From contig NC_002937.3 in NCBI RefSeq assembly GCF_000195755.1, positions 3,000,001-3,032,000 on the forward strand: a DNA stretch of 32,000 bases, in the 5' to 3' direction. Numbering within the stretch: the first letter of the stretch is position 1; each line of letters starts with the position of its first letter. Source of the DNA: Nitratidesulfovibrio vulgaris str. Hildenborough (GTDB lineage: Bacteria > Desulfobacterota > Desulfovibrionia > Desulfovibrionales > Desulfovibrionaceae). The notes beneath the pieces are model-generated. The model was not told the DNA's origin. It saw nothing but the letters and a program-made list of their open reading frames with translations, and ran no database searches. Below, piece after piece: positions 17,207-32,000 of the stretch. The position numbers and the translations under genes were made by a program.

Positions 17207-17228
17207 TTATCACTGGCGAGAGGTTGCC

Positions 17229-18155
17229 ATGAACCAGACCACCATCAAAAAAAGCATCGCCTGTTCGGGAGTCGGCCTTCACAGTGGCAAGACCGTTCGC
17301 ATGGTCCTGCACCCTGCCGCCGAAGACACGGGCATCGTATTCGACATACATACGGCCCAAGGCGTCAGACGAATCGCCCCCGAACCGCAGGTGGTCATTG
17401 CCACCGGCCTTGCGACCACGCTGGGCATGGACGGGGCATCCGTCGCCACGGTCGAACATCTTCTCGCCGCCATCCGGGGCCTTGAAATCGACAACATCAC
17501 CGTCGAGATAGAAGGCGGAGAAGTGCCCATCATGGACGGCTCAGCCGCCTCCTTCGTGATGCTGCTGCGCAACGCGGGCATCCGCCGCCAGACGAGCGCA
17601 CGCAAGGTCTTCCGTATCGCCCGGCCCGTCCATTACGAACGCGACGGCAAATCCATACGCGCACTCCCCTATGACGGCTTCCGTGTCGAATACCGCATCG
17701 AGTTCCCGCATCCCCTGATCGGACGCCAGACTCTGAGCATCGACATCACGCCCGAGAGCTTCGGCGAAATCGCCAAGGCGCGCACATTCGGCTTCCTGCG
17801 CGAAGTGGAATATCTTCACAGCAAGGGCCTTGCGCTTGGCGGGTCGCTGGACAACGCCATCGTGCTCGACGACTACTCCGTGCTGAACCCCGACGGCTTG
17901 CGCTCCCCCGACGAATTCGTCCGCCACAAGGTGCTCGACTTCGTGGGCGACATGGCCATGATGGGCGTCCCCCTGCAAGGGCACTTCATCGTCGAATGCT
18001 CCGGTCACGCACTGAACAACGGCTTCCTGCGCATGCTCGAGGAGAACGCCTCGCTGTACCTTGAAGCCGTCGAACTCCCGGTTGCCGAACAGCACCCCGC
18101 CGCACTGCGCCCCGCCGCACGCGTTGCCACCGAAGGTCAGCCCGCCATAGCCTGA
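17229..18155 (+). CDS. lpxC: UDP-3-O-acyl-N-acetylglucosamine deacetylase
   Basis: MNQTTIKKSIACSGVGLHSGKTVRMVLHPA...ATVEHLLAA...GGEVPIMDGSA...HKVLDFVGD. RBS GAGAGG lies upstream. Confidence 0.93.
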   Translation: MNQTTIKKSIACSGVGLHSGKTVRMVLHPAAEDTGIVFDIHTAQGVRRIAPEPQVVIATGLATTLGMDGASVATVEHLLAAIRGLEIDNITVEIEGGEVPIMDGSAASFVMLLRNAGIRRQTSARKVFRIARPVHYERDGKSIRALPYDGFRVEYRIEFPHPLIGRQTLSIDITPESFGEIAKARTFGFLREVEYLHSKGLALGGSLDNAIVLDDYSVLNPDGLRSPDEFVRHKVLDFVGDMAMMGVPLQGHFIVECSGHALNNGFLRMLEENASLYLEAVELPVAEQHPAALRPAARVATEGQPAIA

Positions 18156-18183
18156 CACCATCGACATCTCGTTCAAGACACGA

Positions 18184-18212
18184 GGGGAGAGGCGAAAGCC
18201 TCTCCCCTTTCT
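18184..18212 (+). terminator. Rho-independent terminator of lpxC
   Basis: GGGGAGAGGC-GAAA-GCCTCTCCCC forms a 10-bp stem with a GNRA loop, followed by TTTCT. Confidence 0.75.
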
Positions 18213-18486
18213 ACATCTCACAGACACCCCAAATCGGATGATGAGGTCTGCCCCGCAGCCCCCCATCGGACAAAACGCTCTGCCACAATGTATGACAACT
18301 GGTACGGCGTTCAACGGCGTGTGCCATGGTTACATATCACCATGGCGAAGACACGTGACCCCATCCGGGTTGCCGCCACGCACCACGCCTGTCATATCGC
18401 GCATATAGGGCGCATCAGGCACAATCCGTCAGAAGGACCAGCACACCCCCTGCCCGCTGGCGCAGACGGGGTTCGGCACCTGCTTC

Positions 18487-18770
18487 TCAGGGCTTGCCGC
18501 AACGCGGAAGTGGGATATGATTGAAGACGGCAAAGCCATGTAACAGGACGACGCACAAAGCGCAGGACACCAAACCATAGGTCAGCACGGATGGCCACTT
18601 GCGGGAGCCCTCGAAGGCCACAGACGGGCACTGCCTCTGCACGAACGCGCCAAGTGCCCCGCCCCCAGCCTCGGGGCAAAGGTCGGGAACACCGTAACCC
18701 GACATGCCGCCAAAACAGGCCCAATGAGGGCAAAGGGCACACGCGCAAGCACCAGCACGCACCAGCACCA
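18487..18770 (-). CDS. Very tentative small Cys-rich hydrophobic ORF (may be non-coding or a decayed gene)
   Basis: The ATG ORF reads MVLVRAGACACALCPHW...WPSVLTYGLVSCALCVVLLHGFAVF. It has no SD and GC3 is only about 65% by my hand count. A second antisense frame (18582..18893, TTG start) is equally hydrophobic. All three minus frames are open because the + strand is T-poor. Confidence 0.15.
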
Positions 18771-18994
18771 TGGCAGGCAGAACAGAGGGAATACGGACGG
18801 TGAGTGTGGGCGATGCCAACGGCACACAACAGTACAGAAGGCAGGAACCGCGCCCCCTGCGAGGAAGACGAGCCCCGACGGAGACCGTGCCAAGTGCGCA
18901 GGTGAAGACCTTAATGGTTGAAAAAAAATTAGCCTTACATACCGAATAGATAAAAAACACTTGAAAGCAAATTCGAAAAAAGGCGTTTTTATGC

Positions 18995-19021
18995 TTGCCA
19001 AGCCATGAACCCTCGTATAAA
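18995..19021 (+). promoter_or_regulatory. Putative promoter of the tRNA-tuf operon, with an upstream A/T-rich UP-like region (18905-18990)
   Basis: TTGCCA (18995-19000), a suboptimal 15-nt spacer, then TATAAA (19016-19021). The -10 ends 15 nt before tRNA-Thr. It is preceded by runs such as gaaaaaaaatt and gataaaaaac. Confidence 0.4.
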
Positions 19022-19036
19022 AGCACATCTCCGTTG

Positions 19037-19112
19037 GCTGGCGTAGCTCAACTGGCAGAGCAGCTGATTTGTAATCAGCCGGTTGCGGGTTCGAGTCCCA
19101 TCGCCAGCTCCA
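19037..19112 (+). tRNA. tRNA-Thr (anticodon TGT)
   Basis: Acceptor GCTGGCG/CGCCAGC, anticodon arm GCTGA-TTTGTAA-TCAGC, T-loop TTCGAGT, encoded CCA. There is one C-A mismatch in the T-stem. Confidence 0.93.
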
Positions 19113-19118
19113 TACAGT

Positions 19119-19204
19119 GGTGGGGTTCCCGAGTGGCCAAAGGGAACAGACTGTAAATCTGTCGTCGTAAGACTTCGGTGGTTCAAATCCACCCCCCACC
19201 ACCA
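19119..19204 (+). tRNA. tRNA-Tyr (anticodon GTA), long variable arm
   Basis: Acceptor GGTGGGG/CCCCACC, anticodon arm ACAGA-CTGTAAA-TCTGT, long extra arm, T-arm GGTGG-TTCAAAT-CCACC, encoded CCA. Confidence 0.95.
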
Positions 19205-19261
19205 CTTGACAAGCTCTCAGGGCTGTAGGAGACAGTGCGCTGTCGGAGAACTACGGCATAT

Positions 19262-19338
19262 GCGGGAATAGCTCAAGTGGCTAGAGCATCAGCCTTCCAA
19301 GCTGAGGGTTGCGAGTTCGAGTCTCGTTTCCCGCTCCA
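19262..19338 (+). tRNA. tRNA-Gly (anticodon TCC)
   Basis: Acceptor GCGGGAA/TTCCCGC, anticodon arm TCAGC-CTTCCAA-GCTGA, T-loop TTCGAGT, encoded CCA. Confidence 0.95.
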
Positions 19339-19374
19339 TCCCCAATAGCCTGGGTCTCCCTATAGCTTGATGTT

Positions 19375-19450
<76 letters not shown>

Positions 19451-19502
19451 TATTTGCCTTACGCCCTTAAGGAACAAAAAAAGAAAGCCAGGGAGAACAC
19501 CT

Positions 19503-20696
19503 ATGGGTAAGGAAAAATTTGAACGCAAGAAGCCGCACGTCAATATCGGCACCATCGGTCACATCGACCATGGTAAGACCACTCTGACGGCAGCCATCAC
19601 CAAGACCGCAGGCCTCCTCGGTCAGGGCAAGTTCATCGCGTACGACGAAATCGACAAGGCTCCTGAAGAAAAGGAACGTGGCATCACCATTGCCACCGCC
19701 CACGTCGAGTACGAGACCGCTACGCGTCACTACGCGCACGTCGACTGCCCCGGTCACGCCGACTACATCAAGAACATGATCACCGGTGCGGCCCAGATGG
19801 ACGGTGCCATCATCGTCGTCGCCGCCACCGACGGTCCCATGCCCCAGACCCGTGAGCACATCCTGCTCGCCCGTCAGGTCGGCGTGCCCTACATCGTCGT
19901 GTTCCTGAACAAGTGCGACATGGTCGATGACGAAGAGCTTCTCGAACTCGTTGAACTCGAAGTTCGCGAACTTCTCACCAGCTACGGCTTCCCCGGCGAC
20001 GACGTTCCGGTCGTGCGCGGCTCCGCCCTCAAGGCTCTCGAGTCCGACGATCCCAACTCTGACGCCTGCAAGCCCATCCGCGAGCTGCTCGCCGCTTGCG
20101 ACAGCTACATCCCCGAGCCTCAGCGCGACATCGACAAGCCCTTCCTGATGCCCATCGAAGACGTGTTCTCGATCTCCGGCCGCGGTACCGTTGTTACCGG
20201 TCGTGTCGAGCGCGGTGTCATCAAGGTCGGTGAAGAAGTCGAAATCGTCGGCATCAAGGACACCACCAAGTCGACCTGCACCGGCGTCGAAATGTTCCGC
20301 AAGCTGCTCGATCAGGGTCAGGCTGGCGACAACATCGGTGCCCTGCTCCGTGGCGTGAAGCGTGACGACGTGGAACGCGGCCAGGTTCTTGCCGCTCCCA
20401 AGTCCATCACTCCCCACCGCAAGTTCAAGGCTGAAGTGTACGTCCTTTCCAAGGAAGAAGGCGGTCGTCACACTCCGTTCTTCTCGGGTTACCGTCCCCA
20501 GTTCTACTTCCGTACCACGGACATCACTGGTGTGATCACCCTTGAAGAAGGCGTCGAGATGGTGATGCCCGGCGATAACGCCACCTTCAACGTGGAACTC
20601 ATCGCCCCCATCGCCATGGAACTCGGTCTCCGCTTCGCTATCCGCGAAGGTGGCCGTACCGTCGGCGCAGGCGTGGTTTCCGAGATCGTGGAGTAA
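19503..20696 (+). CDS. tuf: Elongation factor Tu
   Basis: [28 protein letters not shown]...DCPGHADY...NKCD. 397 aa, with RBS AGGGAGA upstream. Confidence 0.98.
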   Translation: MGKEKFERKKPHVNIGTIGHIDHGKTTLTAAITKTAGLLGQGKFIAYDEIDKAPEEKERGITIATAHVEYETATRHYAHVDCPGHADYIKNMITGAAQMDGAIIVVAATDGPMPQTREHILLARQVGVPYIVVFLNKCDMVDDEELLELVELEVRELLTSYGFPGDDVPVVRGSALKALESDDPNSDACKPIRELLAACDSYIPEPQRDIDKPFLMPIEDVFSISGRGTVVTGRVERGVIKVGEEVEIVGIKDTTKSTCTGVEMFRKLLDQGQAGDNIGALLRGVKRDDVERGQVLAAPKSITPHRKFKAEVYVLSKEEGGRHTPFFSGYRPQFYFRTTDITGVITLEEGVEMVMPGDNATFNVELIAPIAMELGLRFAIREGGRTVGAGVVSEIVE

Positions 20697-20700
20697 CGCC

Positions 20701-20850
20701 ATGCGCGTCAACATCCAGCTTGCCTGCACCGAGTGCAAGCGGCGTAACTACGCGACCGACAAGAACAAGAAGAATACTACTGGCCGTCTCGAACTGAAGA
20801 AGTATTGTCCCTGGGACAAGAAGCACACAGTTCACCGCGAGACCAAGTAA
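20701..20850 (+). CDS. rpmG: 50S ribosomal protein L33
   Basis: [49 protein letters not shown]. The start is 4 nt after the tuf stop. Confidence 0.93.
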   Translation: MRVNIQLACTECKRRNYATDKNKKNTTGRLELKKYCPWDKKHTVHRETK

Positions 20851-20868
20851 GTAGTACCTTCATAGTGC

Positions 20869-20945
20869 AGGGCAGTAGCTCTAACGGCTAGAGCGCCGGT
20901 CTCCAAAACCGGATGTTGGGGGTTCGAATCCCTCCTGCCCTGCCA
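20869..20945 (+). tRNA. tRNA-Trp (anticodon CCA)
   Basis: Acceptor AGGGCAG/CTGCCCT, anticodon arm CCGGT-CTCCAAA-ACCGG, T-arm GGGGG-TTCGAAT-CCCTC, discriminator G, encoded CCA. Confidence 0.95.
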
Positions 20946-20975
20946 TTTCCCTTCTCTTCTCGGGTAGAGGCGATA

Positions 20976-21227
20976 ATGGCGAAAAAGCAATCAAATGCGC
21001 CGGAAGCGGCCTCTGCGAGCAGCGGCACCAGTCTCGGAGACAAGGTCACCCAATTCAGGGACTATGTCGAAGAGGCGAAGGTCGAGCTCCGGAAGGTTTC
21101 CTGGCCCACCCGGAAGGAAGCCTGGGCGACCAGCATGACCGTGCTGGTCTTTGTGTTCGTCATGTCCCTGTTCCTCGGTTTCGTGGACCTCGGACTGACG
21201 CATCTCATCGAATTCATCCTCTCCTGA
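20976..21227 (+). CDS. secE: Preprotein translocase subunit SecE
   Basis: MAKKQSN...FRDYVEEAKVELRKVSWPTRKEAWATSMTVLVFVFVMSLFLGFVD shows the canonical SecE motif and a single TM. Its position upstream of nusG supports the call. Confidence 0.88.
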   Translation: MAKKQSNAPEAASASSGTSLGDKVTQFRDYVEEAKVELRKVSWPTRKEAWATSMTVLVFVFVMSLFLGFVDLGLTHLIEFILS

Positions 21228-21238
21228 CGGGCTGTGCC

Positions 21239-21790
21239 ATGACCGAGACGACTACCGCCTCAAAGGCCCGTTGGTACATCGTACATACCTATTCGGGCTT
21301 CGAGAACAGGGTTGAACAGACCATCCGCGAAATGATCCGCACCGGGCAATCCCAGGACGAGATCGTCGAGGTGGTCGTTCCTACGGAAAAGGTCATCGAA
21401 CTCGTCAAGGGCGAGAAGAGGACCTCCACCCGCAAGTTCTACCCCGGGTATGTGATGGTCAAGATGTTCATGACGGATTTCTCGTGGCATCTCGTCCAGT
21501 CCATTCCCAAGGTTACGGGGTTTGTCGGCGGCAAGAACCGCCCCACACCCATGCGCGACAGCGAAGCCGAGCGCATCCTTGCCATGATGGAATCGCGTCA
21601 GGAGCAGCCGCGGCCGAAGTTCAACTTCGATCGTGGGGATGAAGTACGGGTCATCGACGGGCCCTTCGGCGGCTTCAACGGAGTCGTTGAAGACGTCAAC
21701 TATGACAAGGGCAAACTCAGGGTCTCGGTTTCGATCTTCGGTCGCCAGACCCCTGTCGAGCTGGACTTCGTTCAGGTTTCCAAGGGATAG
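21239..21790 (+). CDS. nusG: Transcription termination/antitermination factor NusG
   Basis: RWYIVHTYSGFENRV (NGN domain) ... GDEVRVIDGPFGGFNGVVEDV (KOW domain). 183 aa. Confidence 0.95.
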   Translation: MTETTTASKARWYIVHTYSGFENRVEQTIREMIRTGQSQDEIVEVVVPTEKVIELVKGEKRTSTRKFYPGYVMVKMFMTDFSWHLVQSIPKVTGFVGGKNRPTPMRDSEAERILAMMESRQEQPRPKFNFDRGDEVRVIDGPFGGFNGVVEDVNYDKGKLRVSVSIFGRQTPVELDFVQVSKG

Positions 21791-21846
21791 CAGACGACGT
21801 TACCGCGCGGTGACAGGCTCACCGTGTCGTTCAGAGGTATAGAGCA

Positions 21847-22269
21847 ATGGCTAAGAAAGAAGTTGCCAAAATCAAGCTGCAGATTCCCGCTGGTGCTGCG
21901 AACCCCTCGCCGCCGGTGGGCCCCGCCCTGGGTCAGCATGGTCTGAACATCATGGCGTTCTGCAAGGAGTTCAATGCCAAGACGATGGAACAGAAGGGTA
22001 TGATCACCCCTGTTGTCATCACCGTCTACGCCGACCGCTCCTTCAGCTTTATCACCAAGACCCCCCCCGCTTCCGTGCTCCTGATCAAGGCTGCCAAGCT
22101 TGAGAAGGGTTCGGGCGAACCCAACCGTAACAAGGTCGGCAGCGTCACCATGGCGCAGGTCGAAGAGATCGCGGCTCTCAAGATGCCCGACCTCACCGCC
22201 AAAGACCTTGAGGCGGCCAAGCGCAACATCCTGGGTACCGCCCGCAGCATGGGCATTGAAGTGAAGTAG
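21847..22269 (+). CDS. rplK: 50S ribosomal protein L11
   Basis: [44 protein letters not shown]... Confidence 0.96.
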   Translation: MAKKEVAKIKLQIPAGAANPSPPVGPALGQHGLNIMAFCKEFNAKTMEQKGMITPVVITVYADRSFSFITKTPPASVLLIKAAKLEKGSGEPNRNKVGSVTMAQVEEIAALKMPDLTAKDLEAAKRNILGTARSMGIEVK

Positions 22270-22378
22270 CGCTTCGTTAATCAGTTGCACTGCCGTCCGC
22301 CGGATCATTCCGGCCACACACCCCGTGACCGAGGCGGCAGGAGATTTCAAACGACAGCAAGCACATAAGGTGGGTACA

Positions 22379-23086
22379 ATGCCCAAGCACGGCAAAAAAT
22401 ATCGTAACGCGACAGAAGGCCTCGACCTTACCGTCAAGTACTCCGTCGAAGACGCCGTGGCCAAGTCTCTGGCCGCCGCTCCTGCCAAGTTCGACGAAAC
22501 CGTCGACGTGGCCATCTGCCTTGGCGTCGACCCCAAATATTCCGATCAGATGGTTCGCGGTGCCGTGACCATGCCCAACGGGCTTGGCAAGACCGTTCGC
22601 GTAGCCGTCTTCTGCAAGGGTGAAAAGGAAGCCGAAGCCAAGGCCGCCGGTGCCGATGTCGCCGGTGCCGAAGAGCTTGTCGCCAAGATCAAGGAAGGCT
22701 GGCTCGACTTCGACAAGGCCATCGCCACCCCCGACGTCATGGCCCTTGTCGGCCAGATCGGTCGTGTGCTCGGCCCCCGCGGCCTGATGCCCAACGCCAA
22801 GACCGGCACCGTCACCTTCGACATCACCACCGCCATCAAGGAAATGAAGGCCGGTCGCGTCGAGTTCAAGGTTGACAAGGCCGGTGTCCTTCACGCCCCT
22901 CTCGGCAAGGTGTCCTTCGGTTCCGAGAAGATCCTCGGCAACCTCAAGGCCCTTATCGACACCGTGAACCGCCTCAAGCCCTCCAGCGCCAAGGGTACCT
23001 ACATGCAGGCCATGGCGATCTCCACCACCATGGGCCCCGGCGTGAAGGTCGATCCCACCCTGATCAAGAAGTTCATCGAAGGCTAA
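22379..23086 (+). CDS. rplA: 50S ribosomal protein L1
   Basis: ATG at 22379 gives [16 protein letters not shown]...[15 protein letters not shown]...[23 protein letters not shown] lies upstream. Confidence 0.95.
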   Translation: MPKHGKKYRNATEGLDLTVKYSVEDAVAKSLAAAPAKFDETVDVAICLGVDPKYSDQMVRGAVTMPNGLGKTVRVAVFCKGEKEAEAKAAGADVAGAEELVAKIKEGWLDFDKAIATPDVMALVGQIGRVLGPRGLMPNAKTGTVTFDITTAIKEMKAGRVEFKVDKAGVLHAPLGKVSFGSEKILGNLKALIDTVNRLKPSSAKGTYMQAMAISTTMGPGVKVDPTLIKKFIEG

Positions 23087-23254
23087 CCCCCTTCGTAGAT
23101 ATCAGGCCCGGGCGCAAGTCCGGGCCGTTTCCGGCAAATGGTAGGAAATTCGAGTCGAAGAAAGCAGGTGGCCGCAAGGTCTTAAACATCCTGCCGAGAT
23201 TCAGCTTTGGCTCGGCATTTCCACCTTGGCAAACCCGAACTCGAGGAGAGTCAC
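23087..23254 (+). promoter_or_regulatory. rplJL leader region (likely L10/L12 autoregulatory leader) with hairpin 23105-23126
   Basis: 168-nt spacer containing GGCCCGG-gcgcaagt-CCGGGCC followed by GTTT, and a second stem CCGAG...CTCGG just before the rplJ SD. The role is assigned by analogy to known L10 leaders, not by sequence match. Confidence 0.35.
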
Positions 23255-23776
23255 GTGAACAGGTCCGAAAAAGCCGCCATCATCGAGCAGCTCAAGTCTC
23301 GTGCCGAGGCTGCTTCCATCGCGGTCGTGACCGACTTCAAGGGTATGCCGGTGGAAGAGCTGACCCGTCTCAGAGTGAAGCTGCGCGAGAATGGTTGTGA
23401 ATACCACGTCGTGAAGAACACTCTGGCACGGATTGCTTTCACCGGCACTGCGCATGAGCCGATTGGTACTCGGTTCAAGGAAAACTGCGCAGTTGCCCTT
23501 GGGTTCGATGATCCCGTCGCGGTGGCCAAGGCGTTGACCGATTTCGCCAAGACCAGCAAGCTGTTCGCTATCCGCCACGGCAGCCTTGAGGGCAAGGCCC
23601 TCTCCGCCGACCAGGTCTCCGACCTGGCCAAGCTGCCCAGCAAGCCTGAACTGCTCGCTCGCGCCCTTGGCACGATGAACGCCGTTCCCACCAACTTCGT
23701 CAGTCTGTTCGCCAACATCATCCGCAGCCTGCTCTATGTCCTCAAGGACCTCGAGAGCAAGAAAGCCGCGGCCTAG
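23255..23776 (+). CDS. rplJ: 50S ribosomal protein L10
   Basis: GTG at 23255 follows GAGGAGAG. The protein reads (M)[39 protein letters not shown]... Confidence 0.92.
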   Translation: MNRSEKAAIIEQLKSRAEAASIAVVTDFKGMPVEELTRLRVKLRENGCEYHVVKNTLARIAFTGTAHEPIGTRFKENCAVALGFDDPVAVAKALTDFAKTSKLFAIRHGSLEGKALSADQVSDLAKLPSKPELLARALGTMNAVPTNFVSLFANIIRSLLYVLKDLESKKAAA

Positions 23777-23829
23777 TTGCGAACGTAACGAACCACCACG
23801 CAAGCCAAAGATCCTAAAGGAGCCAAACA

Positions 23830-24213
23830 ATGTCCATCACCAAAGAACAGGTCGTTGAATTCATCGGCAACATGACTGTCCTCGAACTCTCCGAATTCAT
23901 CAAGGAACTCGAAGAGAAGTTCGGCGTTTCCGCTGCCGCTCCCATGGCTGCCATGGCCGTTGCCGCTCCTGCTGGCGATGCCGCCCCTGCCGAAGAAGAA
24001 AAGACCGAATTCGACATCATCCTGAAGAGCGCCGGTGCCAACAAGATCGGCGTCATCAAGGTTGTCCGCGCCCTTACCGGCCTCGGCCTGAAGGAAGCCA
24101 AGGACAAGGTCGACGGCGCTCCCTCGACCCTGAAGGAAGCCGCTTCCAAGGAAGAGGCCGAAGAAGCCAAGAAGCAGCTCGTCGAAGCTGGCGCCGAAGT
24201 CGAAATCAAGTAG
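23830..24213 (+). CDS. rplL: 50S ribosomal protein L7/L12
   Basis: [38 protein letters not shown]...[27 protein letters not shown]... Confidence 0.96.
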   Translation: MSITKEQVVEFIGNMTVLELSEFIKELEEKFGVSAAAPMAAMAVAAPAGDAAPAEEEKTEFDIILKSAGANKIGVIKVVRALTGLGLKEAKDKVDGAPSTLKEAASKEEAEEAKKQLVEAGAEVEIK

Positions 24214-24246
24214 TTTCGGTTTCAGCCGCCGCATGGCGCATCCACA

Positions 24247-24285
24247 GCGCGGGCGGGTCACCGCCCGCGCTTCTTATACTTTTTC
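24247..24285 (+). terminator. Intrinsic terminator/attenuator between rplL and rpoB
   Basis: GCGCGGGCGG-GTCA-CCGCCCGCGC forms a 10-bp stem, followed by TTCTTATACTTTTTC. It is positionally analogous to the E. coli rplL-rpoB attenuator. Confidence 0.7.
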
Positions 24286-24306
24286 GGGCTTGACGGGAAC
24301 GAAGGG

Positions 24307-24335
24307 TTGCACTTCAGGCACGAATAGACTAACTT
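24307..24335 (+). promoter_or_regulatory. Putative sigma-70 promoter internal to the rplJL-rpoBC cluster
   Basis: TTGCAC (24307-24312), a 17-nt spacer, then TAACTT (24330-24335). It lies in an AT-rich island immediately after the attenuator. Confidence 0.35.
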
Positions 24336-24347
24336 TGAAGTTTAGTC
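24327..24347. promoter_or_regulatory. Near-perfect 21-bp AT-rich palindrome overlapping the putative -10 (candidate operator)
   Basis: GACTAACTT-TG-AAGTTTAGTC. The arms GACTAA/TTAGTC and AACTT/AAGTT pair with a single-base bulge. Confidence 0.3.
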
Positions 24348-24678
24348 GAAATATTTCACCAATCGCGCGAACCCTTTCGACACGGTCGGTACGTTGTACG
24401 CCGCACACATGCACACCATATTTCACGCCGGCACACCAAACCGGCGCATATCCTCTTGCGCGGATATGCGCCATGTCTGCGTTCTCCAACCATACCACAA
24501 CGTTCTTTCCTGTCGCCGCACCAGCGGGCAAGCCATTCCGGAACGCACGTCCGGCCTTCGGGCCTCGGCGCGCACCACTCCCGGCGCGCTCGACGTCTCC
24601 GCACACCCCGGTCGTCGCGAGCAGGTAGCCTAGTTCCCGGGCACTGCTGCCGGAAAACCGTCTTTTTGAGGTGAAACG

Positions 24679-28797
<4,119 letters not shown>

Positions 28798-28810
28798 GCA
28801 TAGATATCCG

Positions 28811-28836
28811 TCCCGGCGGGCATATGCCCGCCGGGA
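28811..28836 (+). other. 26-nt perfect palindrome (hairpin) in the rpoB-rpoC spacer, followed by two smaller hairpins
   Basis: TCCCGGCGGGCAT|ATGCCCGCCGGGA. It is followed by GCGGC-N7-GCCGC (28840-28856) and GCGGAT-gaa-ATCCGC (28859-28873). Confidence 0.5.
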
Positions 28837-28904
28837 TTGCGGCGCACCCCGCCGCACGCGGATGAAATCCGCGACAATACAACCTTTCCGGGTAGGGGTA
28901 CCAC

Positions 28905-32000
<3,096 letters not shown>

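Noticed and set aside
19206-19211. Perfect TTGACA hexamer in the tRNA-Tyr / tRNA-Gly spacer as a possible internal promoter.
   Set aside because: There is no acceptable -10 hexamer at 16-19 nt. It is more likely spacer sequence processed out of the polycistronic tRNA-tuf transcript.
22270-22378. 109-nt rplK-rplA spacer with nested stems (CTGCCG...GCCGGA-tcat-TCCGGC...CGGCAG), considered as an L1-binding regulatory mimic of 23S rRNA.
   Set aside because: I cannot match it to the L1 binding consensus by eye. The structure is plausible, but the functional call would be speculation without a covariance-model search.

Overview
This is a high-GC (roughly 63-65%) bacterial chromosomal segment. Gene order and protein sequences look Desulfovibrio-like (Desulfovibrionaceae); that is my inference and I ran no search. 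Most of the window is core housekeeping. It starts with an amidohydrolase 3' end, pyrB-pyrC, a CCA/poly(A)-polymerase-family HD protein and rlmN. A short accessory-looking stretch follows: Fe-alcohol dehydrogenase, umuDC, an orphan CbiQ/EcfT-like membrane protein and marR-mntP. Next come tlyA, rpmE, a DUF1385 gene, prfA, prmC and lpxC. The window ends with the classical tRNA(Thr-Tyr-Gly-Thr)-tuf-rpmG-tRNA(Trp)-secE-nusG-rplKAJL-rpoB-rpoC cluster, with rpoC running off the 3' edge. I found no CRISPR array, transposase, integrase, phage gene or recognisable defence or toxin module, and no convincing novel multi-gene system. The points worth a second look are regulatory or structural: (1) a core-consensus sigma-54 -24/-12 element directly upstream of lpxC; (2) a umuC whose conserved N-terminus aligns to a CTG codon behind about 100 low-GC3 upstream codons; (3) prfA and prmC separated by a terminator and about 630 nt of hairpin-rich spacer; (4) about 800 nt of unassigned, strongly A/T-skewed DNA between lpxC and the tRNA-tuf promoter; (5) an AT-rich palindrome overlapping a putative internal rpoBC promoter; (6) a CCA-enzyme paralog with a degenerate catalytic head. 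The many long antisense ORFs in the track are GC-rich shadow frames.
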